Assembly: GCA_036482635.1 (NCBI GenBank)
Contig: JAZFWH010000208.1
Span: forward strand, 1 to 56,722
Length of the DNA stretch: 56,722 nt
Direction: 5' to 3'
DNA from: Myxococcota bacterium
Lineage (GTDB): Bacteria > Myxococcota_A > UBA9160 > SMWR01
Positions 47,357 through 55,150 of this stretch are shown piece after piece. How positions within the stretch are numbered: position 1 is the first letter of the stretch; every line of letters starts with the position of its first letter. The notes beneath the pieces are model-generated. The model was not told the origin of the DNA, made no database searches, and saw only the letters and a list, made by a program, of their open reading frames with translations. A program made the translations under genes and the position numbers.

Positions 47357-48373
47357 CTACCAGAGGATGCCGGCCGCCGCACAGTTGATGCCGCTCCCGA
47401 TCCCACCCATCAGGACCTTGTCTCCCTTTTTGATGCGCCCCTCATCCAGGGCCTTCGAGAGCACTGTCGGCACACCGGCCGGGCCGATGTTGCCGAACTC
47501 GGGGTAGATGAGCAGGCACTTGTCGGGAGCGATGCCGAGGGTCTCGACGAGCTGGGAGGAGTGCACCTTGCTGATCTGGTGCATGGCGAACTCGTCGATA
47601 TCGTCACTGGACCAGCCCAGAAACTTCTGGCCCACCGACCAGGCCTTCGATGAAACCTCGAGGCCCGCGAGCAGGAGCTTTCTGGTATCGGTCTTCATCT
47701 CGTCGACCTGGCCGGTGCACAGCCGGTTGTGCGAGGTGGCAGCGACTTTGACCCCCCCCAGATAGCGCGGCGCTTCGGGGCTGAATTCCGAGCGCGTGAG
47801 CACCATCGCCGCCGCACCCGATCCGAGGGTGAGGGCGGCGAACTGCTCGCGAAACATCTTCTCGTCGCTATCTTCGCGATTGAGGCGTTCGATCGTCGTC
47901 TCGGTGATGTAGCGACTGCTCTCGCCGTCCACCACGAGCCCGTACTCGATCTCACCGCGCTCGATCATATTTCCGACGATGTCCATGCCGTTGAGAAAAC
48001 CCAGGCAGGCGTTGCCGACGTCGAAGTTGATGCAGTGCTCTCCGAGCTGGAGATTCCTGTGAACCAGACAGGCCACTGAAGGCTCGATGTAATCTCGACA
48101 TACAGATGTGTTGATGACAATCCCGATGCGATCCCGGTTGATGCCGGACTCCTCGATCGCCCGCTCGGCGGCCATGGAGGCGACCTCGCTCGGCTCTACT
48201 CCTGGATCCCAGAACCGCCTTGCGCTGATTCCGGCCAGCGCCTCGAGCATGCCCGGCCGGATGTCGAGACGGTCGAGAGTCGGCATGAGCTGTTCGTCGA
48301 GCTCAGCGGAGGTGATCCGATGTGGCGCGTCGTAGTGGCGAACGCTGGCGATCGAAACGTGCTCGAACTTCAA
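47357..48373 (-). CDS. oleA: OleA, thiolase-fold (FabH-like) head-to-head acyl-CoA condensing enzyme
   Basis: Track ORF 47357..48469. TTG at 48373 lies 8 nt after GGGGAGGA and gives MKFEHVSIASVRHYDAPHRITSAELDEQL, an OleA-like N-terminus. Active-site motif NACLGF. Ends ...GGIGSGINCAAAGILW. Confidence 0.85.
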   Translation of the reverse strand: MKFEHVSIASVRHYDAPHRITSAELDEQLMPTLDRLDIRPGMLEALAGISARRFWDPGVEPSEVASMAAERAIEESGINRDRIGIVINTSVCRDYIEPSVACLVHRNLQLGEHCINFDVGNACLGFLNGMDIVGNMIERGEIEYGLVVDGESSRYITETTIERLNREDSDEKMFREQFAALTLGSGAAAMVLTRSEFSPEAPRYLGGVKVAATSHNRLCTGQVDEMKTDTRKLLLAGLEVSSKAWSVGQKFLGWSSDDIDEFAMHQISKVHSSQLVETLGIAPDKCLLIYPEFGNIGPAGVPTVLSKALDEGRIKKGDKVLMGGIGSGINCAAAGILW

Positions 48374-48689
48374 GATGAATGTCCTCCCCGGCGCAGGTCG
48401 GTTCAACAGGGAACGGCCGAGGAGGGATCGGCGCGTCGTGGACCAATCACGTATCGGCGAATTCGCCACCGGCGTTAGCCTTCTCGCAGCGGCTGCGATG
48501 AGACGGACCAGACCGAGTGTATTTCCCCCCGCTTTGACAGAACGAAAGAATTCTGACCCGCTCCGATCAGATCACGTCAGGATCTGGTCGGGACCTCATC
48601 GCGGAGGCGAAGCAACCGAACCCGCCATTGGGGATGATTCAGCGTCTCGATGTGTCCAACTCCGGGCACGCTCCAGAGCCGCGCGGAGG

Positions 48690-48872
48690 GACCGACCGCG
48701 CGCCCCTGCAGCCGCACCGCGTTGAGACCTTCAAGTTCAGCACCGATCCGAACCTCGAGGACCAAGATGGCCGACATTGTCGGTCTGCACCTCGATCCAC
48801 CGGAGCGTGCCCTCGTCCTCTGCGTCGACGAGAAGTCTCAAATCCAAGCTCTCAACCGGACGCAGCCTCGAA
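48690..48872 (+). mobile_element. internal relic of an IS630-family transposase gene (frameshifted, both ends missing)
   Basis: [22 protein letters not shown] (frame of ORF 48628) then, after a 1-nt shift near 48765, [35 protein letters not shown] (frame of ORF 48650). This matches the conserved IS630 block ...[48 protein letters not shown]. Confidence 0.7.
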
Positions 48873-48939
48873 ACCCTGTTGCAGTGACGATCCGCCCCCA
48901 GCGCGAAACACGGTGCGCCGCGCAAGAGTCACATCGCAG

Positions 48940-49353
48940 CGCAGGGAGAGGGAGACCCTGGCCATCGTCCGCTACCACCAGGTCGTCACCCGCAAGTCCA
49001 ACGACGAGGTCTTTCACGACCAGATCGGATACTGGACGTGGGATCCCGCCACCAGGATGATCGCGCAGTCCGTCAACATCCCGAGAGTTGTCGCAGTGCT
49101 CGCCGGAGGTTCGTTCGAAGGCGACGCGAGCGGATCCGAGGTTGTCCTCGACGTGTATGCGAAGAAAGGTGATCCCGACTGGGGGATCATCGAGTCGCCC
49201 TTCATGCGAGACAACGCGAGCACGGTGGCGCTCGAACACCGCCTCGATGTCAGCGGCGACTGCATGAGCTACTCGGAGACGACGTCGCTCGACATCTACG
49301 GCCGCAAGTTCGATCACAACGACACGAAAAAGCTGACACGGACCTCGGGCTGA
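48940..49353 (+). pseudogene. 5'-truncated heme-binding beta-barrel (nitrobindin/DUF1794, FABP-like) gene
   Basis: [37 protein letters not shown]...LEHRLDVSGDCMSYSETTSLDIYGRKFDHNDTKKL resembles the C-terminal ~130 aa of this family. The usual N-terminal ~35 aa are replaced by IS630-relic sequence. Confidence 0.5.
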
Positions 49354-49365
49354 CCCCAGCTACTT

Positions 49366-49446
49366 CGCCTACGGTCCCAAGAACCTGAGATCCCCGGGGG
49401 TGTCGTCATGACCGGAGGTTCTCGGACCTCGAATCCCAGTTGAAGC
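49366..49446 (+). repeat. structured intergenic repeat, copy 1 (81 bp)
   Basis: CGCCTACGGTCCCAAGAACCTGAGATCCCCGGGGG...ACCGGAGGTTCTCGGACCTCGAATCCCAGTTGAAGC. Shares its ends and core with copies at 51334 and 52892. Internal inverted repeat GGTCC-CA-AGAACC / GGTTCT-C-GGACC. Confidence 0.85.
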
Positions 49447-49503
49447 ACGAGCTCACGGCCGCCGAGGAGGAGGCGCTCCGCGCGCTCGGCTACATCGACT
49501 AGA
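49447..49503 (+). repeat. third, short copy of the sulfatase-like gene 3' end (57 bp, includes the stop codon)
   Basis: ACGAGCTCACGGCCGCCGAGGAGGAGGCGCTCCGCGCGCTCGGCTACATCGACTAGA is identical to the corresponding part of copy B (51033-51274). It carries copy B's CACGAG variant rather than copy A's CGCCAG. Confidence 0.85.
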
Positions 49504-49614
49504 AGCTGTCTCAGAATCCGGTATCGACAGCTACCCAGATTGCCCGTGGAGCCGTGACCAGCCGCCAGGGGGTTGCCCGAGCGCTCCGCTCCCGCTGTGC
49601 GGGCGCCTCGCGCG

Positions 49615-50232
49615 CTATTTCGACACCCGGGTGATCTTCGAGCCCTGGATCCCCACGCCCCCCATCAGGCCCTTCTGGTCGAAGATGAAGGCGTAGACGT
49701 CCTGGGTGAGCGTCGTGCTGGTGAGCGACTTCGCCCCGCCCTCGTCCAAGACGACCAGGCTCGGGCCCGCGCCGAGCTCGAAGCCCCCGCTCTTGTCGAG
49801 GTAAGCGAGCGCGGAGTCGCTCATGAAGAAGAGTGCGTAGCCAAAGACCTGCGCGCCGGCCTGGAAGCCGTAGGAGGCCGCCACGGAGTTGTAGAAGCCG
49901 GCGACCTTGCCACCGCGGAAGAGCGCCCCCTCGCCGAGCTGGCCGCCGAACATGAAGCCCGCCTTCACCATCTTGGGGAAGACCAGGACGCCATGGGCCT
50001 TGTCCCGCAGCAGACGCGCGCCGGGGTTCTTGCGGTAGAGTTTCTCGAGGGTGGCGCGGGCGTCGCGCTCGATCGACTGGCCGCTGGCGGCCGTGGCCGG
50101 CACCGGTGCGGCCGGGCCGAGGACGAGCGTTGCAAGCAGCAGGGCCACCACGGGCCCCGAGAGCCGGGTGATCACGGGTGCTCCTCTCCAGGGGCGTCCG
50201 CTCCGGAAGCCCTTCTCCATGCCGCCCCTCAT
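49615..50232 (-). CDS. secreted SYLF (DUF500/Ysc84-like) domain protein
   Basis: Last 205 aa of track ORF 49615..51183. Signal-like LSGPVVALLLATLVLGPAAPVPATAAS. SYLF pattern VLVFPKMVKAGFMFGGQLGEGALF...YGFQAGAQVFGYALFFMSDSAL...FELGAGPSLVV. ATG at 50232 overlaps the upstream TGA. Confidence 0.75.
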   Translation of the reverse strand: MRGGMEKGFRSGRPWRGAPVITRLSGPVVALLLATLVLGPAAPVPATAASGQSIERDARATLEKLYRKNPGARLLRDKAHGVLVFPKMVKAGFMFGGQLGEGALFRGGKVAGFYNSVAASYGFQAGAQVFGYALFFMSDSALAYLDKSGGFELGAGPSLVVLDEGGAKSLTSTTLTQDVYAFIFDQKGLMGGVGIQGSKITRVSK

Positions 50233-50705
50233 TGCTCGATCACCGGGATCGATGCGGCGAGCTCGTAGAACATGACTGCGTAGATCTTGGTCTCGATCTG
50301 GTAGAAGCGCATCAGCGTGCGGCCCGGCAGCGCCTCGGCGAAGAGCTCCACGTACGAGTGCCGGAGCGCCACGCGGTCGCGTTGGACGGCGAGGTAGGTG
50401 TCGACGAGCTTGCGCGCCTCGTCGTCCTTCGTGCTCCCGAAGGTCCGCTTGTAGTCGTCGATCACCTGGAGGAGGCGATCGCCAACGACCGTGAGCTCCG
50501 CCTGGTAGCGGTCGTAGACTGGCCAGAACGCGCGGGCCTGCTCGTCGCTGAGCGCGAGGTTCACGGCGACGAGCGCCTTCTTGTTGCTGCGGAGCGTGTC
50601 CCGCAGGATTTCCATGCTGGCTTCGTCCGCCTCCCCGGCGCCGGCCGGCGCCGCGGCAAAGACGAACGGCAGCAGAACGGCGAGGACCCAGCTGGTTTTC
50701 GACAT
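50229..50705 (-). CDS. secreted hypothetical protein (helical), co-operonic with the SYLF gene
   Basis: ATG at 50705 is preceded by AAGAGGAAG. Signal peptide MSKTSWVLAVLLPFVFAAAPAGA. No family recognised. Confidence 0.6.
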   Translation of the reverse strand: MSKTSWVLAVLLPFVFAAAPAGAGEADEASMEILRDTLRSNKKALVAVNLALSDEQARAFWPVYDRYQAELTVVGDRLLQVIDDYKRTFGSTKDDEARKLVDTYLAVQRDRVALRHSYVELFAEALPGRTLMRFYQIETKIYAVMFYELAASIPVIEQ

Positions 50706-50862
50706 GGTTGGTGTCTTCCTCTTTTCCACTCCGGGCCTGCCCGTACCCCCACCGAGGCTCGAAGCGGACGGAGCACACGCTATCTCCGCGAGCCAGCGTC
50801 AGCCAGCTCCGGGCCCGACCACCCCGCCGCTGCTGGCAGCGCTGGCGCGCGGCCCGGTACCA

Positions 50863-50893
50863 AACTCCGCTCGGCTGCGCGTCGCGGCGCGCG
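50863..50893. repeat. dispersed copy of the 19985/20034 repeat core
   Basis: AACTCCGCTCGGCTGCGCGTCGCGGCGCGCG versus AACTCCGCTCGGCTGCGCCTCGCTGCGCGC. The first 18 nt are identical. Confidence 0.6.
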
Positions 50894-50908
50894 AGCTGGG
50901 CCCGCTTG

Positions 50909-51040
50909 CTAGCGGCGGGAGGCGTGGACCTCCGGAAGCCGCTCGGCCCAGGGGTAGGCCTCCCCGAGCTGCCCGGCCACGCGCAGCAGCAGATCTTCGC
51001 GGCCCGTCGCGGCCACCAGCTGCACGCCGATCGGCGCAGG
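50909..51040 (-). pseudogene. C-terminal relic of an amidase-signature-family gene
   Basis: Minus-strand translation PAPIGVQLVAATGREDLLLRVAGQLGEAYPWAERLPEVHASRR* resembles the conserved amidase C-terminus (LPVGLQLIG..F.E..LLR.A..LE). The frame is cut at 51040, where repeat copy B begins. Confidence 0.45.
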
Positions 51041-51274
51041 AGCTCTACCACGTCGCGGAAGACCCGGGCGAGAGCCGCAATCTGCGGGCCGAGCGAGAGC
51101 AGATCGCGAGCGAGCTGCGCGCCCACGCCGAGGCCCAGGAGAAGCTCGCCAAGAGCCAGGCCACCGGCACCGGCGAAGCGCACGAGCTCACGGCCGCCGA
51201 GGAGGAGGCGCTCCGCGCGCTCGGCTACATCGACTAGAGCCTGTTACGAACCGCCATCCACAGGCGCCCCCGCC
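51033..51274 (+). repeat. direct repeat copy B of the sulfatase-like gene 3' end (orphan fragment)
   Basis: Encodes ELYHVAEDPGESRNLRAEREQIASELRAHAEAQEKLAKSQATGTGEAHELTAAEEEALRALGYID* with no upstream gene body. 233 of 242 nt identical to 43547-43788. Confidence 0.9.
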
Positions 51275-51333
51275 CCGAGGAGAACGTCCTCTGCGGCGTG
51301 GGCCAGGGGGGCTGGAAACCTTCCTCGCCCCCC

Positions 51334-51429
51334 CGCCTACGGTCCTAAGAGTCCTAAGAACCCGAGATCCGCGGGGAAGTTGTCATCACCGGAGGTTCTC
51401 GGACCTCGAAACCCGGTTGAAGTGACTAT
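51334..51429 (+). repeat. structured intergenic repeat, copy 2 (96 bp)
   Basis: ~90% identical to copy 3 by hand alignment (10 mismatches in 96). Relative to copy 1 it contains an extra AAGAGTCC(T/C) duplication. Confidence 0.85.
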
Positions 51430-51430
51430 A

Positions 51431-51673
51431 TCCCCCAACATGGTGGAGCAGGGCGAGTCGCCCTGTCTCCCGCCCGCCCGCCTCGAGGAGCTCGGCTACA
51501 AGATTCTCGCCTATCCGCTCACCCTGCTGTCGAGCGCCGCCCGGGCGATGCGCGACGCCCCGACCGCCCTGCGCGTCGGGGCTCCCCCCGCCGATGCGCC
51601 GCTCGACTTCTCGGAGCTCCAGGAGGTCGTCGGCTTCGACCACTACCACGCTGAGCGAACCCGCTACGAGTGA
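51431..51673 (+). pseudogene. 3' relic (~80 aa) of an isocitrate-lyase/PEP-mutase-family gene
   Basis: SPNMVEQGESPCLPPARLEELGYKILAYPLTLLSSAARAMRDA...FSELQEVVGFDHYHAERTRYE* matches the C-terminal ...ANMVEGGKTP.L...EL.ELGY.I.IYP... region of 2-methylisocitrate-lyase-like proteins. Homology starts exactly at the right end of repeat copy 2. Confidence 0.55.
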
Positions 51674-51944
51674 GTGGTCCGCGTTGCGAGAGGATACGGA
51701 CGACACCCTCTGCGCATCGATCCAACCACACGTGGTCTGGAGCGAGCGGTCATTCCAGTCGCGGAATTCTGCTGGGACAGCCAGGTCGTTCCTCGGGAGG
51801 TCTTTCGCTGCGCAGCCGGGATGTCGCGATCTCACAAGACTTTTACATTTCTTGCCAGCCCCCGGGTCGAATCCTTCTATAGACTTCCACCTCTCTGTCC
51901 CCCCCCAAAAGAGACAGACGAGAGAATCGAAGCACGCTGATCCG

Positions 51945-52862
51945 ATGGCTCGCCTTCCGGCATCTTCTCGCGGCCCGGGCGATCCGCGCGCCGTGCGGGA
52001 GTTCGACTTGGAAGCCAGTCTGGAGCCTGGGAGCATCGAGGGAAGCGGTCGCATTACCGCGACCGCCGCTCGCCGGGGAACCATCTTGAAATACAAGGCC
52101 GACCGCGGTCCCATCGCCTACGTGGTGGCGGTCTTCATCCTTCGCCTGGCAATCTGGGCCCTGGCGACGCCGTTGATCTGCGCGATGAGTGTAATTCCGC
52201 TGACGGTGCTCGGCATATTCATCGCCCCAATCAACCACCACCATCAGCACGTCAACTCGTTCCGCGCCCCATGGCTGAACCGACTCTACGACCTGGTGTT
52301 ATCCCTGCAGTGCGGCGTCGGGCCCTATAGCTGGGTGCTCCACCATAACCTCGGACATCATGTCAACTACCTGAACCAGCCTCCCCACGAGCGTCCCGAC
52401 GAATCCCGTTGGACACGAGCCGACGGTACGCAGATGGGTCGCCTCGAGTACTCCATCGATCTGCTCCTCCACCATCAGATCGACATTGTCCGCGTCGGGC
52501 TGCACCATCCGAGATACTTCCGCTACTTCCTGCTGATGAAGCTGCCACTCTGGGGCTTGATCGGTGTCGGGCTCTGGCTTCGCCCGCTGGAGACCGTGCT
52601 CGTCTTTCTGGTGCCGGCCTTCTTCACGCTCTTTCACACGATATGGGCCACCTACGAGCACCATGCGGGCTGTCTGTCGAACGACCACCTCCATGCCAGC
52701 CGCAGCCGCGACAATCGCCTCTACAACGCGCTGACTGGCAACCTCGGGCTCCACACCGCCCACCACAAGCGCCCCGGATTGCATTGGTCGCTCTTGCCCG
52801 TCCTGCACGAAAAGATCCGGGACCAGATTCCAAAGGAACAGATCCTCGAGACGTTCTGGTAG
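51945..52862 (+). CDS. membrane fatty-acid desaturase family protein (di-iron, three His boxes)
   Basis: ATG at 51945 within track ORF 51594..52862, 305 aa. His boxes NHHHQH, HNLGHH and HTAHH. Local GC is ~55% by spot count. Confidence 0.75.
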   Translation: MARLPASSRGPGDPRAVREFDLEASLEPGSIEGSGRITATAARRGTILKYKADRGPIAYVVAVFILRLAIWALATPLICAMSVIPLTVLGIFIAPINHHHQHVNSFRAPWLNRLYDLVLSLQCGVGPYSWVLHHNLGHHVNYLNQPPHERPDESRWTRADGTQMGRLEYSIDLLLHHQIDIVRVGLHHPRYFRYFLLMKLPLWGLIGVGLWLRPLETVLVFLVPAFFTLFHTIWATYEHHAGCLSNDHLHASRSRDNRLYNALTGNLGLHTAHHKRPGLHWSLLPVLHEKIRDQIPKEQILETFW

Positions 52863-52891
52863 TCGCATGCTCGAGGGTGGATTCGAGGTTT

Positions 52892-52987
52892 CGCCTACAG
52901 TCCAAAGAGTCCCAAGAACCTGAGATCCCCGGGGGAGCTGTCACAACCGGAGGTTCTCGGACCTCGAAACCCGGTTGAAGCGACTAT
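52892..52987 (+). repeat. structured intergenic repeat, copy 3 (96 bp)
   Basis: CGCCTACAGTCCAAAGAGTCCCAAGAACCTGAGATCCCCGGGGGAGCTGTCACAACCGGAGGTTCTCGGACCTCGAAACCCGGTTGAAGCGACTAT. Lies between the desaturase stop and the P450 stop. Confidence 0.85.
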
Positions 52988-53013
52988 CCGCATTCAGTTG
53001 GATTCGTGCCTTG

Positions 53014-54258
53014 TCATCGGACCGCCGCGTTCGCGTCCCTCATGCGGAATCGGATGGGGAGGTGTTTGATCCCCCCGACAAACGTAGACGCGAGCCGTTC
53101 CGGTGGGGAGGCGAGCTCCAAGTGATCCAGGCGCGGGAGGATCTCCTCGCAGAAGATACGAATCTCCATGCGGGCGAGCGAAGCACCGAGGCAAAAGTGC
53201 TCACCGATGCCGAACGCTAGGTGGGGATTCGGCGTTCGATCGACGCGAAACTCGAAGGGTTCGGCGAAGACGTCTTCGTCTCGGTTTGCCGAGGGGTAGT
53301 AGAGGCACAGCGTATCGCCCTCGGAGATGGCGGCTCCGCCCAGTGTCAGGGGCTGATTCGCTGTGCGGAGGAAGTGACTGACGGGTGTGGTCCAACGCAG
53401 GAACTCTTCGGCAGCGCTGGTTGCGAGTGTCGGGTCGGCCAGGAGCTTTGCGCACTCTTCTGGGCGTTCGATGAGTGCGAGCATGCCTCCGGAGAGCGCG
53501 TTGCGGGTCGTCTCGTGGCCCGCAGTGAGGAACAGGAAGGCGTATCCGAGACGATCCGCCTCACCCATGGGTTCGCCGTCCAGGGTGGCCCGCGCCAGCA
53601 GCGTGGCGATGTCCTCGCGAGGATCGGTGCGACGCTCGTCAAGGATCTGCTTGAAGAACCCCACGAGTTCGCTCGCGGCGGTCACACCGGACTTGTCGGA
53701 GCGCCGGAACTCCCGGTCCTCAAAGCCGAACAGTTCGTTGGTGCGCTCTAGGACGAAGGCTTCGTCGGCGGGTGCAATGCCGAGCAGGTGGCCGATCAGG
53801 CGGAGCGGAAGCGGTGCGGCGATCTCGCTGACAAAGTCGCATTCGTCTCGGTCCGCCAGCCGGTCCACGAGCGAGCGAGCGCAGTCACGAAGGCGCTCCT
53901 CGATCGCCTTGAGATTGCGGGGCGTAAACCAGGGGGAGGCGATCTGTCGATAGGACCGATGCTCGGGTGGGTCCATCTGGATCAAATTGGGAGGCAGCGC
54001 CGCGGCCAAGCTTTCGGCGGCAGCGCGCGTGATCATGATATTGCGGCCCCGGCTCGAGAATTGATCGGGTTGCATGGAGATCGCCCGAATGTCTCGATGC
54101 TTGGTAACCGCCCAGAACGGCTCGAATCCCACCGGCTCGACCCACGCGACGGGGCGTTCGCGCCGGAGCCGCGTCCAGATCTCGTGCGGGTATCCGTGTG
54201 CGGCATAGGAATCGGCATCGACCAGCCGCTGGGCGTCGGCATCGGCGAGGCGGGTCAC
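53014..54258 (-). CDS. cytochrome P450
   Basis: 414 aa. I-helix LTAGHETT, ExxR (EEFLRW), heme loop FGIGEHFCLGASLAR. GTG start overlaps the upstream TGA. Confidence 0.92.
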   Translation of the reverse strand: MTRLADADAQRLVDADSYAAHGYPHEIWTRLRRERPVAWVEPVGFEPFWAVTKHRDIRAISMQPDQFSSRGRNIMITRAAAESLAAALPPNLIQMDPPEHRSYRQIASPWFTPRNLKAIEERLRDCARSLVDRLADRDECDFVSEIAAPLPLRLIGHLLGIAPADEAFVLERTNELFGFEDREFRRSDKSGVTAASELVGFFKQILDERRTDPREDIATLLARATLDGEPMGEADRLGYAFLFLTAGHETTRNALSGGMLALIERPEECAKLLADPTLATSAAEEFLRWTTPVSHFLRTANQPLTLGGAAISEGDTLCLYYPSANRDEDVFAEPFEFRVDRTPNPHLAFGIGEHFCLGASLARMEIRIFCEEILPRLDHLELASPPERLASTFVGGIKHLPIRFRMRDANAAVR

Positions 54259-55148
54259 GCCTTCGGTTCCCGTGGATTGGTGTCAGTATCGGGTCGAGTG
54301 ACGTGGGCGACGCCTTCGCCAAAGGGTTCATCGCGCCGGCGAAGGGTCTCTTTCAGTCCGTGTTCCCGCACACTGGGCCCGAACTCCCGAACTGCAGCGG
54401 CGTGGTGAGCACGGGCATCGTTCTCAGCGGCAAGCCGTTGCAGGACCTGGGCGCCCATCAGCTCGAGCCCCAGGTTGATGATGCGCTTGTTCGCAGCCAA
54501 CAGGTCCGGATCGATTTTGCAGAGACGGCGGGCTAGGTGCTCGACCTCCGCTTCGAGGAACTCGGCCGGAACCGCCTTCATCACCAGGCCGATCGACGCG
54601 GCGTCGGCCCCGCTCACCGAGTCGCCAGTGAGCTGAAGTCGCTTGGCCCACTGGGGGCCGCAGTGGTAGAGCCACAAGTTGTTGGGCAGAGCGCCGAGAC
54701 TGCGCGCCGCCGGAAAGCCGATTCGCGCATTGTCCGCGGCAATCACCATGTCGCAGGCGAGGGCCAGATCGGTGCCACCCGCCAGGCAGGCGCCGTGGAC
54801 CTGCGCGATCGAGGGCTTATGCGTCTCCCACAGCGCACGAATACGCCGGTTGTTGCGCTCGATCAGCCAGATATCGTCGTCGTGACTTCGCCCCGTCCTT
54901 AGCCCCGATTCGGGGCTGCGTCGGGGCAGCGCGGTAAGGTCGTAGCCCGAGCAAAAGCTGGGCCCCTGGCCGCGCAGGACCACGCAATGGACGCTGCGGT
55001 CATCGTCAGCTTTCCAGAGCGCATGCTCGAGCTCGTCGAGCATCGGTGTCGTGATGGCGTTGTGCTTGTCCGGTCGGGCCAGTGTGATGCGAGCTCGCCC
55101 GTCCTGCACTTCGTAATGAATCTCCTTGTACGAGACATCTGCCGCCAC
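54255..55148 (-). CDS. enoyl-CoA hydratase/isomerase (crotonase) family protein
   Basis: C-terminal 297 aa of track ORF 54255..55361. GTG at 55148. ITLARPDKHNAI, VVLRGQGPSFCSGYDL and AQVHGACLAGGTDLALACD. Confidence 0.8.
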   Translation of the reverse strand: MAADVSYKEIHYEVQDGRARITLARPDKHNAITTPMLDELEHALWKADDDRSVHCVVLRGQGPSFCSGYDLTALPRRSPESGLRTGRSHDDDIWLIERNNRRIRALWETHKPSIAQVHGACLAGGTDLALACDMVIAADNARIGFPAARSLGALPNNLWLYHCGPQWAKRLQLTGDSVSGADAASIGLVMKAVPAEFLEAEVEHLARRLCKIDPDLLAANKRIINLGLELMGAQVLQRLAAENDARAHHAAAVREFGPSVREHGLKETLRRRDEPFGEGVAHVTRPDTDTNPREPKA

Positions 55149-55150
55149 GT

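Noticed and set aside
48470-48640. A tRNA-like or promoter element upstream of oleA (a TTGACA at ~48533 on the plus strand, and a GGGTTCGGTT segment on the minus strand).
   Set aside because: The TTGACA is on the wrong strand for ole and has no matching -10. The T-loop-like string lacks the conserved TTCRANN pattern and flanking stems.
48628-49353. Track ORF 48628..49353 as an intact 241-aa gene.
   Set aside because: Its first third is IS630-transposase-derived sequence read partly out of frame. Only the last ~135 aa resemble a nitrobindin-like barrel, so it is a chimeric read-through of two relics.
49615-51183. Track ORF 49615..51183 (-) as a single 522-aa protein.
   Set aside because: Only the last 205 aa (SYLF domain with its own signal peptide) look real. 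The upstream part runs out of frame across the 50229..50705 gene, the amidase relic and repeat copy B.
49366-52987. The three structured repeats as integron attC sites / a gene-cassette array. The ORF-then-repeat layout and a GTTGAAG near the right end invite this reading.
   Set aside because: GTTGAAG violates the GTTRRRY core at the last position. No complementary RYYYAAC inverse core is present at the left end. The 'cassettes' would be 1.6-2 kb with opposite-strand and truncated genes, and no intI/attI is in the window. Left open only as a remote possibility for a model-based attC search.
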